DNA of 37,661 bases. Origin: a virus. Its lineage: Duplodnaviria; Heunggongvirae; Uroviricota; Caudoviricetes. Below the pieces are notes generated by a model that did not search any database, had not been told where the DNA came from, and was given only the letters and a program-made list of their open reading frames with translations. The stretch spans positions 1-37,661 of IMG/VR virus record IMGVR_UViG_2526164599_000009; one strand, given 5' to 3'. The translations under genes and the position numbers were made by a program. This document shows positions 18,013 to 27,214 of the stretch, in pieces. The first letter of the stretch is position 1, and every line of letters begins with the position of its first letter.

Positions 18013-18507
18013 ATGAGTATGGTTGCCAGAACCAACCCCGGCCCCGCAGAGGACGACATCACCGATACCGATGATGGTGATACCCGTATTTCAGCGGGCG
18101 CATTCTGGCCGGATATTGTGCTGCGTGAGCTGCGTCTGGCGATACGACTGCCGGGCCGTGTGACCACCTCCCGCCTGCTGCATACCGCCACCGGGGCCGT
18201 GGCACACGTTACCCGCGAGCTGGAAGCGTGGCAGCAGGAACAGCAGGCGGCTGGCCATCAGACGCTGGCCGATGTTCCGGCACCCGTAATTAACGGAGAA
18301 AGCGTCAATCTCTGGCACTGGCGCAATGCTGTTTATACCGCCACGCGCGCCCTGATTCTGGAGCGTTATCGTGATGCAGACACAACGGACAAGGGCGACC
18401 GCCGGGCGGACGCTCTGGATATACAGACATCGGATTTGTGGCGTGATGTGAGCTGGGCCATCTCTGACATTCTGTGCCGCCCGCGAATCTTTGCGGAGTT
18501 GTGCTGA
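18013..18507 (+). CDS. L: Head completion/stabilisation protein (P2 gpL-like)
   Basis: ATG 18013 with RBS AGGAG about 9 bp upstream; size and position as P2 L. Confidence 0.75.
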   Translation: MSMVARTNPGPAEDDITDTDDGDTRISAGAFWPDIVLRELRLAIRLPGRVTTSRLLHTATGAVAHVTRELEAWQQEQQAAGHQTLADVPAPVINGESVNLWHWRNAVYTATRALILERYRDADTTDKGDRRADALDIQTSDLWRDVSWAISDILCRPRIFAELC

Positions 18508-18707
18508 TGAAAGTGAAGGCACTGGAAGGCGACACCGTGGATTCGCTCTGTTTCCGGCACTACGGCACGACGCAGGGCGTCACCGAAAAGGTGCTGGATG
18601 CCAACCCCGGACTTTGTCAGCAGGTATTTCTGGACGCCGGGCAGGAAGTGGAGATGCCGGAGCCGGAGAAGAAGAAACGAGAAATGATTCAGTTGTGGGG
18701 GGAGTAG
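18507..18707 (+). CDS. X: Tail protein X (P2 gpX-like)
   Basis: MKVKALEGDTVDSLCFRHYG...LDANPGL pattern matches P2 X as recalled. Confidence 0.75.
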   Translation: MKVKALEGDTVDSLCFRHYGTTQGVTEKVLDANPGLCQQVFLDAGQEVEMPEPEKKKREMIQLWGE

Positions 18708-18709
18708 CA

Positions 18710-19033
18710 GTGAGCACCATTCAAACAGGGATCACAGAGCAGGTTATTGCATGGCTCTTTGACCACCTGCCAACGGTGTATGCAGTAGGCGCGGCGGTCA
18801 GCATTTCCGCGCTGATGAGTCTTTATGACGGACGAACACTGGTTCAGACCGTAACGGGATCGCTGGCGTGCGGCGTTCTTGCCATGGCTGTGGCCGGGTC
18901 GTTGCGCTTCTTCGGTTTTCCTGAAGATGCCGTGACGTTTATCGGCGCATCAATCGGTTTTATGGGGGCAGAGAAAGCACGCGATAAGGTTATTGCGGCC
19001 TTTAATCGCAGGGTGAAGGAGAAGGACGAATGA
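18710..19033 (+). CDS. Holin (putative)
   Basis: GTG start after RBS GGGGGAG; 107 aa with hydrophobic helices; precedes the endolysin. Confidence 0.55.
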   Translation: MSTIQTGITEQVIAWLFDHLPTVYAVGAAVSISALMSLYDGRTLVQTVTGSLACGVLAMAVAGSLRFFGFPEDAVTFIGASIGFMGAEKARDKVIAAFNRRVKEKDE

Positions 19034-19422
19034 GCAACACATTTAAATTCAGCAGCCGGAGCGAAAAGAATTTGCAGGGCGTAAATCCTGATCTGGTGAA
19101 AGTGACCCGACGGGCACTGGAAATTTCGGAAGTGGATTTTGGTATCACCGAAGGGTTGCGCAGTCGTTACCGCCAGAAGCAACTTGTGGCCACAGGTAAG
19201 AGCCAGACCATGAACAGCCGCCACCTTACGGGACATGCCGTGGATGTTGTGGCTTATATCGGCAGCCAAGTGTCATGGGAATGGCCGCTGTACGAAAAAA
19301 TCGCAGCCGCATTCAGACAGGCCAGCCGGGAACTGAATATTCCGGTGGAATGGGGCGGCGACTGGAAGACTCTGAAAGACGGACCGCATTTTCAGTTACC
19401 ACACGGAGCCTATCCGGCATGA
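19030..19422 (+). CDS. Endolysin, peptidase M15-type
   Basis: 130-aa ORF; SRHLTGHAVDV region reads as an M15 zinc-peptidase motif; ATGA overlap with the holin stop. Confidence 0.7.
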   Translation: MSNTFKFSSRSEKNLQGVNPDLVKVTRRALEISEVDFGITEGLRSRYRQKQLVATGKSQTMNSRHLTGHAVDVVAYIGSQVSWEWPLYEKIAAAFRQASRELNIPVEWGGDWKTLKDGPHFQLPHGAYPA

Positions 19423-19826
19423 AGCTCTGGCCCACGCTTGGCGTCGCTTTCCTTCTGATTGCCGGATGGGGAACATCCATGCGTCTGTCGTGGTCGCTGG
19501 GCCGGGAGAACGCCAGAAACGAAGCGCAGGCCAGCACCCTGAAAAGTACCGCCGACACCCTGAATATCATCAGCGCCGGGGTACAGGATATGCAGCAGGT
19601 GCTGGCGCAACTCCGCGTGGAAAATCAGCAACGCAATCAGGACGGAGAGGTAAGACGTGAACAGCTACGCAACGATATTGCAAAAGATGAATGCGCCCAC
19701 GCTTTGCCTGACGCTCGTTTTACTGACAGGCTGCGCAGGCACGCAGAACGCGCCACTGCCAGCGCCGTCAGTCCGGCTTATACCGCAGACGCTGACCATA
19801 CCGGTAACGCCTCCCCCCTTCCCTGA
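19419..19826 (+). CDS. Inner-membrane spanin (Rz/LysB-like)
   Basis: 135-aa ORF with N-terminal TM helix (LWPTLGVAFLLIAGWG) and coiled-coil-like middle; ATGA overlap with the endolysin stop. Confidence 0.6.
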   Translation: MKLWPTLGVAFLLIAGWGTSMRLSWSLGRENARNEAQASTLKSTADTLNIISAGVQDMQQVLAQLRVENQQRNQDGEVRREQLRNDIAKDECAHALPDARFTDRLRRHAERATASAVSPAYTADADHTGNASPLP

Positions 19827-19977
19827 TACTCCCACATGGGGAAATCTCGGTATATGGGGCGACCGCCTTCTGGATGCACTGGAAACCTGTAACGCGGATA
19901 AACGGGCCATTGAATTACTGGAACAGCGCAGGCTGCAACGACTGAACAACGAGGATAACAACCATGCTGAAAACTGA
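19657..19977 (+). CDS. Outer-membrane lipoprotein spanin (Rz1/LysC-like)
   Basis: 106-aa ORF in another frame overlapping the i-spanin 3' end; signal peptide with lipobox LTGC; Pro-rich. Confidence 0.6.
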   Translation: MNSYATILQKMNAPTLCLTLVLLTGCAGTQNAPLPAPSVRLIPQTLTIPVTPPPFPDTPTWGNLGIWGDRLLDALETCNADKRAIELLEQRRLQRLNNEDNNHAEN

Positions 19978-20431
19978 TTCCCTGCGTGAAGCCATGACCC
20001 GTTCATGCCGATGGTGTCAGGCCAACCCGGAAAAATTCACCATTTTCGTGGAGAGCGGCAACATTGAAACGACCGGAGAAACGCCCTCGTTTGTTTACCG
20101 CTATCAGATGGTGATGTTTGTCATGGATTACGCCGGGGAGCTGGACGACCTCACGCTGCCGCTGCTGGCGTGGTTATCCGAAAATCAGCCACAGTTGTTG
20201 CTCAACCCTGAGCGTAATCAGGACATCAAATTCTCCGCCGTTATCAATGACGATGACAGCGCCGATCTCCTGTTTACGCTCCCCCTGCGGGAACGCGTTC
20301 GCATCACGCGCAGCAGTCAGGGCACACCGCAGGCAGAACACCTGCCGGAGCCAAAACCCCGCCTGCCATCTTCCGAAGGCGACTGGTCGCATGTATTCCA
20401 GGATGTGACGTGGGGTGAAAGCGATGGATAA
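19964..20431 (+). CDS. R: Tail completion protein (P2 gpR-like)
   Basis: 155-aa ORF at the P2 R position. Confidence 0.75.
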   Translation: MLKTDSLREAMTRSCRWCQANPEKFTIFVESGNIETTGETPSFVYRYQMVMFVMDYAGELDDLTLPLLAWLSENQPQLLLNPERNQDIKFSAVINDDDSADLLFTLPLRERVRITRSSQGTPQAEHLPEPKPRLPSSEGDWSHVFQDVTWGESDG

Positions 20432-21059
20432 GGCATTCACCCGCGTGGATGAAACCTTTGAGGCCATCCGCGACAGCCTGAATCAGCAGGCCATCAATAA
20501 CATCGCCAGAAAGCTGGCACAGGATTTACGCCGCGCCCAGCAGGCGCGTATCCGGTCACAGAAAGCGCCGGACGGGACCGCGTGGACACCACGCAGACGC
20601 CGCGTAACCCGGATACAGGAACGCATTCGCTTTATCTGGAATAACGAAGCACGCACGCTGAAAAACTGGCATCACGACACGGGGAAATACGGGCGAACCA
20701 TTACCGGGTGGGATGAGGATAAAAACAATATCCGCACGTTTTACCGGGATGACATCGACCGTTTTCTGGAAATACGCACCCGGCGCATCAACCAGGACAG
20801 CACAAAGCGCGTCCCCATGTTCGTAAAACTGCGCACCACCCGTTACCTGAAAGCCCGCGCGGATGCCTCCGGTGTGACGGTGGGTTACAGCGGCGTGGCC
20901 GCACGTATTGCACGCGTTCATCAGTTCGGCGAGCGCGATCAGGTTGCGCCGGGCATTTTCACCGATTACCCGGTACGTGAGCTGCTGGGTATCAGTCAGG
21001 CAGATGAACGCCTGATTTATAACACGGTGCTGGGCCGGATTGCGGAGGCTGTACGGTGA
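20424..21059 (+). CDS. S: Tail completion protein (P2 gpS-like)
   Basis: ATG 20424 (or GTG 20415) overlapping R stop; about 211 aa. Confidence 0.75.
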   Translation: MDKAFTRVDETFEAIRDSLNQQAINNIARKLAQDLRRAQQARIRSQKAPDGTAWTPRRRRVTRIQERIRFIWNNEARTLKNWHHDTGKYGRTITGWDEDKNNIRTFYRDDIDRFLEIRTRRINQDSTKRVPMFVKLRTTRYLKARADASGVTVGYSGVAARIARVHQFGERDQVAPGIFTDYPVRELLGISQADERLIYNTVLGRIAEAVR

Positions 21060-21637
21060 GCGCAGAACTCATGCGACTGCTGAGCAACATCATCCGCACC
21101 GGGATCATCTCTGAAGTTGACGAGGAATCCTGGTGCGTGCGCGTTCGCAGCGGCGAACTGGAAACAGGCTGGCTGCGCTGGAACACCACACGCGCGGGAG
21201 CCTTCAACGTGTGGCTTCCGCCATCACCCGGCGAACAGGTGGTAATTGCCTGCATCGGCGGCAATCCGGAAACCGCCATGATAATTGGCAGTCTGTGGAG
21301 TGATGCCAGTCCGGCACCCGGCAAAAGCCTGAAAGAAATCGTGGTCAGCGCGCCGGATGGCGCGGTGTTCCGCTACGACGCAGACGCTGGCGCACTGAGC
21401 GCCAGCGGCATGAAAACAGCCACCCTGCAGGCATCCGTCAGCGTGACACTGGATACGCCCGTCGTGGAATGCACAAACCTTCTGAGAACAGCGACGCTTG
21501 ACGTCACAAAAGGAGGAAAGATGAGCGGCAATATCACGCACAGCGGCGGCAGCTTCACCTCAAACGGCATTACCGTGCATACGCATACACACGGTGGCGT
21601 GAAAGGCGGCAGCGATTCGACAGGAGGCCCGCAGTGA
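21056..21637 (+). CDS. V: Baseplate spike/assembly protein (P2 gpV-like)
   Basis: 193-aa ORF at the P2 V position; GTG start overlapping S stop. Confidence 0.8.
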   Translation: MSAELMRLLSNIIRTGIISEVDEESWCVRVRSGELETGWLRWNTTRAGAFNVWLPPSPGEQVVIACIGGNPETAMIIGSLWSDASPAPGKSLKEIVVSAPDGAVFRYDADAGALSASGMKTATLQASVSVTLDTPVVECTNLLRTATLDVTKGGKMSGNITHSGGSFTSNGITVHTHTHGGVKGGSDSTGGPQ

Positions 21638-21984
21638 CAACCCGCTACACAGGAATGAATCCGGACGGGACGGGAAACCTGAACGATATGGAGCACCTGA
21701 AACAGTCAGTCAGGGACATCCTGACCACCCCGCTGGCAAGCCGGGTTATGCGACGGGAATATGGCAGCCTTGTGCCTGATTTGATTGACGAACCCATGAA
21801 TAACACCACGCGTCTGCAATGCATGAGTGCTGCCGTGATTGCGCTGACACGATGGGAACCCCGCATTGCCCTGGATGCCATCGACGTTGTCTGGAAAGCG
21901 GGAGGCCGCGCCGGGGTGACGTTGTCGGGCACTGTCATGCAGACCATGCAGAATGTTGAATTAACCATCACGCTGAGGGAGTAA
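21634..21984 (+). CDS. W: Baseplate wedge protein (P2 gpW-like)
   Basis: 116-aa ORF after RBS CAGGAGG. Confidence 0.8.
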   Translation: MTTRYTGMNPDGTGNLNDMEHLKQSVRDILTTPLASRVMRREYGSLVPDLIDEPMNNTTRLQCMSAAVIALTRWEPRIALDAIDVVWKAGGRAGVTLSGTVMQTMQNVELTITLRE

Positions 21985-21986
21985 TC

Positions 21987-22883
21987 ATGCCTGCCGTTGA
22001 CCTTTCCCAGTTACCGGAACCCGCCATCATCGCGGAGCCTGATTTTGAGGCAATTCTGGCTGATACAAAGGCCATGATGATTGCGGCTTATCCCGCCGAA
22101 CAGCGTGAAGCCGTTTCCGCCGCGCTGGAGCTGGAATCGGAACCCCTGAACGTTATCGCCCAGACAACAGCGTTTCGTGAAATGCTGTTACGCCAGCGGG
22201 TCAATGAGGGGGCACGCGCCTGCATGTTAAGCCACAGCGCCGGGACAGACCTGGACAACCTCGCGGGCAATATGAACACAAAGCGCCTGACCATCACTCC
22301 GGCAACGGATACCACCGACGCGGTGATGGAGAGCGACACCTCGCTGAGATTGCGGGCGCAGCGGGCGTACGACGGCCTGAGTGTTGCTGGCCCGTCAGGC
22401 GCATACGAGTATTTTGCCCGCAGCGCCAGCGGTCTGGTGCGTGATGCGCGGGCTATCAGTCCGTCTCCGGCAAATGTGACGGTTTCCATTCTGTCCACTG
22501 AAGGCGACGGCACAGCAACGGAGGCGTTGCTTAATACCGTTCGCGCCGTTCTGAATGCAGAGGATACCCGCCCGGTGGCCGACCGCCTGACCGTACAGAG
22601 CGCCAGAATCGTGACATGGCGGCTGAATGCAAAACTGTACTTTTACCCCGGCCCGGAATCCGAACCTATTCTGGCCGCGGCTGAATCGTCGTTCAGGAAG
22701 TGGCTGGCTGAGCAGGGGCTTATCGGTCAGGACGTGGCGTTGTCCGCCATTGCTGCCGCACTGCATGTGCACGGTGTGCAACGCGTGGAGATAATCGAAC
22801 CCACACAGAATATGGCCATCAGCGACATACAGGCGGCGCGCTGTGAGTCATTCACCATCAGCGAAGGTGGGCGCAATGAGTAA
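21987..22883 (+). CDS. J: Baseplate protein (P2 gpJ-like)
   Basis: 298-aa ORF at the P2 J position. Confidence 0.8.
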   Translation: MPAVDLSQLPEPAIIAEPDFEAILADTKAMMIAAYPAEQREAVSAALELESEPLNVIAQTTAFREMLLRQRVNEGARACMLSHSAGTDLDNLAGNMNTKRLTITPATDTTDAVMESDTSLRLRAQRAYDGLSVAGPSGAYEYFARSASGLVRDARAISPSPANVTVSILSTEGDGTATEALLNTVRAVLNAEDTRPVADRLTVQSARIVTWRLNAKLYFYPGPESEPILAAAESSFRKWLAEQGLIGQDVALSAIAAALHVHGVQRVEIIEPTQNMAISDIQAARCESFTISEGGRNE

Positions 22884-23484
22884 TTCGTTGTTACCACCAT
22901 CAGCCAGCAATTTCATGCGTTGTGCCGAAGCCGTCGGAACACGCATTACAGACATTCCGGTAGACCTCAACACGCTGTGGTCGCCGGACACCTGCCCGGT
23001 GCATCTGCTGCCTTATCTCGCCTGGGCGTTTTCCGTTGACCGCTGGGATCGCAACTGGCCGGAAGAGACAAAGCGACAGGTGATTCGTGATGCATGGCTG
23101 ATACACCGACACAAAGGGACCATCAGCGCACTGCGAAGAGCCGTGGAGCCTCTCGGTTACCTGATTGAAGTAAAGGAGTGGTGGCAACTCAACGAGGAGC
23201 CGGGAACATTTCGCATTGTTGTCGGAGTACTTGATCAGGGCATCACCAATGAAATGTATCAGGAACTTGAGCGCCTTATTGCGGATGCAAAACCAGTAAG
23301 TCGCCATCTGACGGGGCTGGCGATCAGCCTGAGTGTGAACGGAAAGATTTTCGTTGGTACGGGATGCTATCACGGCGATGCCCTGACGGTTTATCCCTAC
23401 ACCCCGGAGTCCATTATTGTCGAAGGGGACTATTTCCCTGCCCCGGCCATTCATTTAATTGATAATCTGAGAGTAAACGCATGA
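22876..23484 (+). CDS. I: Baseplate protein (P2 gpI-like)
   Basis: ATG 22876 overlapping J stop; about 202 aa. Confidence 0.75.
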   Translation: MSNSLLPPSASNFMRCAEAVGTRITDIPVDLNTLWSPDTCPVHLLPYLAWAFSVDRWDRNWPEETKRQVIRDAWLIHRHKGTISALRRAVEPLGYLIEVKEWWQLNEEPGTFRIVVGVLDQGITNEMYQELERLIADAKPVSRHLTGLAISLSVNGKIFVGTGCYHGDALTVYPYTPESIIVEGDYFPAPAIHLIDNLRVNA

Positions 23485-25124
23485 CAGTGAAATACTACGC
23501 CATTCTGACTAATCAGGGCGCGGCACGACTGGCTAACGCGACGATGCTCGGCAGTAAGCTGAATCTGACGCAAATGGCCGTTGGTGATGCAAATGGTGTG
23601 TTACCAACACCAGACCCTGCACAAACAAAACTGATTAACCAGAAACGCATTGCACCGCTGAATCTTCTGAGTGTTGACCCTAACAATCAGAGCCAGATTA
23701 TTGCGGAGCAAATCATCCCTGAAAACGAGGGAGGATTCTGGATCCGTGAGATTGGTCTTTATGATGATGAAGGTGTACTCATTGCGGTGGCAAACTGCCC
23801 GGAAACGTACAAACCGCAGTTGCAGGAAGGCAGTGGACGCACCCAGACTATCCGCATGATTCTGGTTGTCACGAACACCGAAGCCATCACGCTGAAAATC
23901 GACCCGTCTGTGGTTCTGGCAACCCGCAAATATGTGGATGATAAAATATCAGAGCACGAACAATCACGACGTCACCCGGACGCCTCGCTGACCGTAAAAG
24001 GTTTTACTCAGTTAAGCAGTGCAATTAACAGTGAATCAGAAACACTGGCCGCAACACCGAAAGCGGTTAAGGCTGCATATGACCTGGCTAACGGGAAATA
24101 TACCGCCCAGAACGCCACCACTACACAAAAAGGGATTGTTCAGCTCAGTAGCGCCACGAACAGCACGTCTGAAACGCTGGCAGCGACACCAAAAGCTGTT
24201 AAGGTGGTAATGGATGAAACGAACAAGAAAGCACCATTAAACAGCCCGGCACTGACCGGAACGCCAACAACACCAACAGCGCCACAGGGGACTAATAATA
24301 CCCAGATCGCAAGCACAGCTTTCGTTATGGCCGCGATTGCCGCACTTGTAGATTCGTCACCTGATGCACTGAACACGCTGAACGAACTGGCTGCGGCGCT
24401 GGGCAATGACCCGAATTTTGCGACCACCATGACTAACGCGCTTGCGGGTAAGCAACCGAAGGATGCCATCCTGACGGCGCTGGCGAAGCTTGCTACATCA
24501 GCAGATAAACTCCCATATTTTACAGGGGCAGATCGTGCCGCGTTAACCGCGTTGACAAGTGTTGGACGTGCCATTCTTGGTAAAACCAGCACTCAGGGCG
24601 TTCTTGATTACCTTGGTTTGGGGGAAGGTTCTGCGCTGCCTGTTGGTGTGCCCGTTCCGTGGCCCTCAGCAACACCACCAACGGGCTGGCTGAAATGTAA
24701 CGGCGCAGCATTTTCTTCTGAAATGTATCCCGGACTGGCAAAGGCTTACCCCACCAATAAATTACCGGATTTACGGGGTGAATTTATTCGTGGCTGGGAT
24801 GATGGACGTAGTGCGGATGCGGGGAGAACAATATTATCCGCTCAAGGTGATGCCATACGTAATATCTATGGTGAGTTCAAGACTGTAAACACTGAAAATT
24901 ATTCAATATGGGAATCAGTAGGCTCGTTTAAGGGGGCAGTGGTGCCTTTAAATTCCTCAACAAACAATAGTTATTTCTCCTTAGTCAGAAGTATGGTGAC
25001 AGAAAGGACAGACGGCGCTGTTTACCCAAAAGTGATTGGCCTTGATGCTTCAAAAATTGTTCCAACTGCAAACGAAAACCGCCCACGCAACATTGCGTTT
25101 AATTACATCGTAAGGGCAGCATGA
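23481..25124 (+). CDS. H: Tail fibre protein (P2 gpH-like), constant part fused to variable cassette 1
   Basis: 547-aa ORF; tandem repeats LSSA(I/T)NS(E/T)SETLAATPKAVK; C-terminal 170 aa from the crossover site at about 24613 form an exchangeable cassette. Confidence 0.85.
   Translation: MTVKYYAILTNQGAARLANATMLGSKLNLTQMAVGDANGVLPTPDPAQTKLINQKRIAPLNLLSVDPNNQSQIIAEQIIPENEGGFWIREIGLYDDEGVLIAVANCPETYKPQLQEGSGRTQTIRMILVVTNTEAITLKIDPSVVLATRKYVDDKISEHEQSRRHPDASLTVKGFTQLSSAINSESETLAATPKAVKAAYDLANGKYTAQNATTTQKGIVQLSSATNSTSETLAATPKAVKVVMDETNKKAPLNSPALTGTPTTPTAPQGTNNTQIASTAFVMAAIAALVDSSPDALNTLNELAAALGNDPNFATTMTNALAGKQPKDAILTALAKLATSADKLPYFTGADRAALTALTSVGRAILGKTSTQGVLDYLGLGEGSALPVGVPVPWPSATPPTGWLKCNGAAFSSEMYPGLAKAYPTNKLPDLRGEFIRGWDDGRSADAGRTILSAQGDAIRNIYGEFKTVNTENYSIWESVGSFKGAVVPLNSSTNNSYFSLVRSMVTERTDGAVYPKVIGLDASKIVPTANENRPRNIAFNYIVRAA
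24613..24635 (+). other. Invertase crossover site 1 (hix/gix-like), inside H
   Basis: TTGGTTTGGGGGAAGG shared with five other sites; left half-site differs here (GATTACC instead of GAAAACG). Confidence 0.55.
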
Positions 25125-25146
25125 AAACGTTGGTTTGGGGGAAGGT
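25124..25146 (+). other. Invertase crossover site 2
   Basis: GAAAACGTTGGTTTGGGGGAAGG; resembles the Hin hixL core as recalled. Confidence 0.6.
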
Positions 25147-25638
25147 TCTGCGCTGCCTGTTGGTGTGCCCGTTCCATGGCCCTCAGCCACACCACCAACG
25201 GGCTGGCTGAAATGCAATGGTGCAGCATTTTCTTCTGAAATGTACCCCAAACTGGCAAAAGCCTACCCCGCAAATAAATTACCGGATTTACGGGGAGAAT
25301 TTATTCGCGGCTGGGATGATGGGCGCGGGGTGGATGCTGGCCGCGCTTTGCTTAATTGGCAGCCACACACAATTTTGGATCATGCACACTATATGGAATT
25401 ATGGACCGGGAACGGACTTGCCGTGGAAAGTGCACGGGAAGGATTAAACCCTGGAATACTGGCTACATACGGGGACGGGGGAATAGTTAAAACAGACGAA
25501 CCCGGTTTAAGGGTGCCTTCCTCACTACGAGCCATTAGCTCTCGTAATGTAAAACGGTTTGGTGAAATTAGTGGAAATGTAGGTACAGAAACTCGCCCTC
25601 GCAACGTTGCATTCAATTACATCGTAAGAGCCGCATGA
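25135..25638 (+). CDS. Promoterless tail-fibre C-terminal cassette 2
   Basis: 167 aa; shares the first roughly 60 aa (GEGSALPVGVPVPWPSATPPTGWLKCNGAAF...) and last roughly 15 aa (RPRN[IV]AFNYIVRAA) with the H C-terminus. Confidence 0.6.
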   Translation: MGEGSALPVGVPVPWPSATPPTGWLKCNGAAFSSEMYPKLAKAYPANKLPDLRGEFIRGWDDGRGVDAGRALLNWQPHTILDHAHYMELWTGNGLAVESAREGLNPGILATYGDGGIVKTDEPGLRVPSSLRAISSRNVKRFGEISGNVGTETRPRNVAFNYIVRAA

Positions 25639-25655
25639 AAACGTTGGTTTGGGGG
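25637..25655 (+). other. Invertase crossover site 3
   Basis: GAAAACGTTGGTTTGGGGG. Confidence 0.6.
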
Positions 25656-26125
25656 AAGGCTCTGCACTGCCCGTTGGTGTGCCTGTTCCATGGCCCTCAG
25701 CCACACCACCAACGGGCTGGCTGAAATGTAACGGTGCAGCATTTTCTTCTGAAATGTATCCCGGACTGGCAAAGGCTTACCCCACAAATAAATTACCGGA
25801 TTTACGCGGAGAATTTATCCGTGGCTGGGATGATGGGCGAGGAATTGATGCGGCACGCGCTTTATTGAGCATTCAAAACGGGATGTTGGAAAAACACCGC
25901 CATATTGTTGTAGCTAACGATGGATATGACACAAAAGATGAATGGGAGTTGGCTACGATTTTCAAAAAAACATATACACAAGGCAGGGGACTTGATGCCA
26001 CAAATACAGGAGGGAGTTTGATTCCATCACCAACGCTTCATTCACGAGGAAGTATTGGTAACACAGGTGGTAGTGAAACCCGCCCCCGCAATATTGCATT
26101 TAACTATATCGTGAGGGCGGCTTAG
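25649..26125 (+). CDS. Promoterless tail-fibre C-terminal cassette 3
   Basis: 158 aa; conserved N- and C-terminal ends, unique middle. Confidence 0.6.
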   Translation: MGEGSALPVGVPVPWPSATPPTGWLKCNGAAFSSEMYPGLAKAYPTNKLPDLRGEFIRGWDDGRGIDAARALLSIQNGMLEKHRHIVVANDGYDTKDEWELATIFKKTYTQGRGLDATNTGGSLIPSPTLHSRGSIGNTGGSETRPRNIAFNYIVRAA

Positions 26126-26131
26126 TTATAT

Positions 26132-26743
26132 TCAACTGGCTGATGCCAGTGGTATTTCCGGCAAGTTGATATCTGGTGCCATGTTTATATCCATTGCGTT
26201 CAGCGCGTCTATATAATCCAGCACGGCATTAAGCCGGGTGGTTTCTGCCTGCGTCAACTTCCGCCCGGCCCGCAACTTCAACTGAATCAGACTTATGGAA
26301 TCCATTGCCGCATCAGCCAGTGACTGGCGCTTGGTTTCTGCCGCTTCTACTGCGGCACGATGTTGTACCTCAGTATCTGTCACCCATTTTTCACCATCCC
26401 ATTTATCGTATGGTGTTAACGGGGCGATAGTGGTTGTATTTTTCGGGTAGTCACCCAGCGCCGTGATTTCTTCGGTGTTTCCCGTGTCAGTGCTATAGAC
26501 GGTTTCACCACGATGGTCTGGCGCATACTCCCATGAATTTAAATCCTCCGAACGGCGAATAGCATAGCCAGATTTATGTGCGCCTGGGGCATCTAAACAG
26601 GAATTAGCCGGAATACCAACACCCACAGCAAGATATTCAGTTGATTCGGAAATATATTCCCGTGTCTCACCATCATAGTTATAAACGACGATGTTTCCTG
26701 CCTGTACGGCAATAAGGTCATCATTTAATATCGCGTTATTCAT
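26132..26743 (-). CDS. Tail fibre assembly chaperone (Tfa/gpG-like)
   Basis: 203-aa ORF starting 1 nt inside the stop of minus-strand cassette 4 (TAATG); typical position for a fibre chaperone. Confidence 0.7.
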   Translation of the reverse strand: MNNAILNDDLIAVQAGNIVVYNYDGETREYISESTEYLAVGVGIPANSCLDAPGAHKSGYAIRRSEDLNSWEYAPDHRGETVYSTDTGNTEEITALGDYPKNTTTIAPLTPYDKWDGEKWVTDTEVQHRAAVEAAETKRQSLADAAMDSISLIQLKLRAGRKLTQAETTRLNAVLDYIDALNAMDINMAPDINLPEIPLASAS

Positions 26744-27205
26744 TATGCGGTTCTCACAATATAATTGAAGGCAATATTGCGTGGGCGGGCTTCATTCCCC
26801 CCTGAGGATTCCGTTCTGTATTGACTGGTAAATCTACCGTTAATTGCACCTTGCCGGACGGCGTTATCTGTCGACAACAGACTATCCCCTCCTTTGTCAT
26901 TTGGCACCAGTACCGTGTTATCCCACGCGTCCCATGACCGAATATTATGATAATGACTTCCTGTTAACCACCCCTGCATGCTTAAGATGCCCCTTCCGGC
27001 ATCCACCCCGCGCCCATCATCCCAGCCACGGATAAATTCACCGCGTAAGTCTGGTAATTTATTGGTGGGGTAAGCCATTGCCAGTCTGGGATACATTTCA
27101 GAAGAAAATGCTGCGCCGTTACATTTCAGCCAGCCCGTTGGTGGTGTTGCTGAGGGCCACGGAACAGGCACACCAACGGGCAGTGCAGAACCTTCTCCTA
27201 AACCA
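26743..27205 (-). CDS. Promoterless tail-fibre C-terminal cassette 4 (inverted)
   Basis: reads GLGEGSALPVGVPVPW... in frame upstream of the track GTG start at 27171; unique middle, conserved ends; directly followed by the Tfa gene. Confidence 0.6.
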
Positions 27206-27214
27206 ACGTTTTCA
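27190..27214 (-). other. Invertase crossover site 4 (inverted)
   Basis: reverse complement reads GAAAACGTTGGTTTAGGAGAAGG. Confidence 0.55.

Larger units (their letters stand above)
24613..25650 (+). repeat. Left arm of a roughly 1.04-kb near-perfect inverted repeat
   Basis: reverse complement of about 27201-28245; contains cassettes 1 and 2 and sites 1-3; only a few substitutions. Confidence 0.8.

Noticed and set aside
25217-25447. 76-aa ORF duplicated exactly at 27403..27633 on the other strand
   Set aside because: The duplication follows from the 1-kb inverted repeat; both lie in an alternative frame of fibre cassettes and are unlikely to be independent genes.
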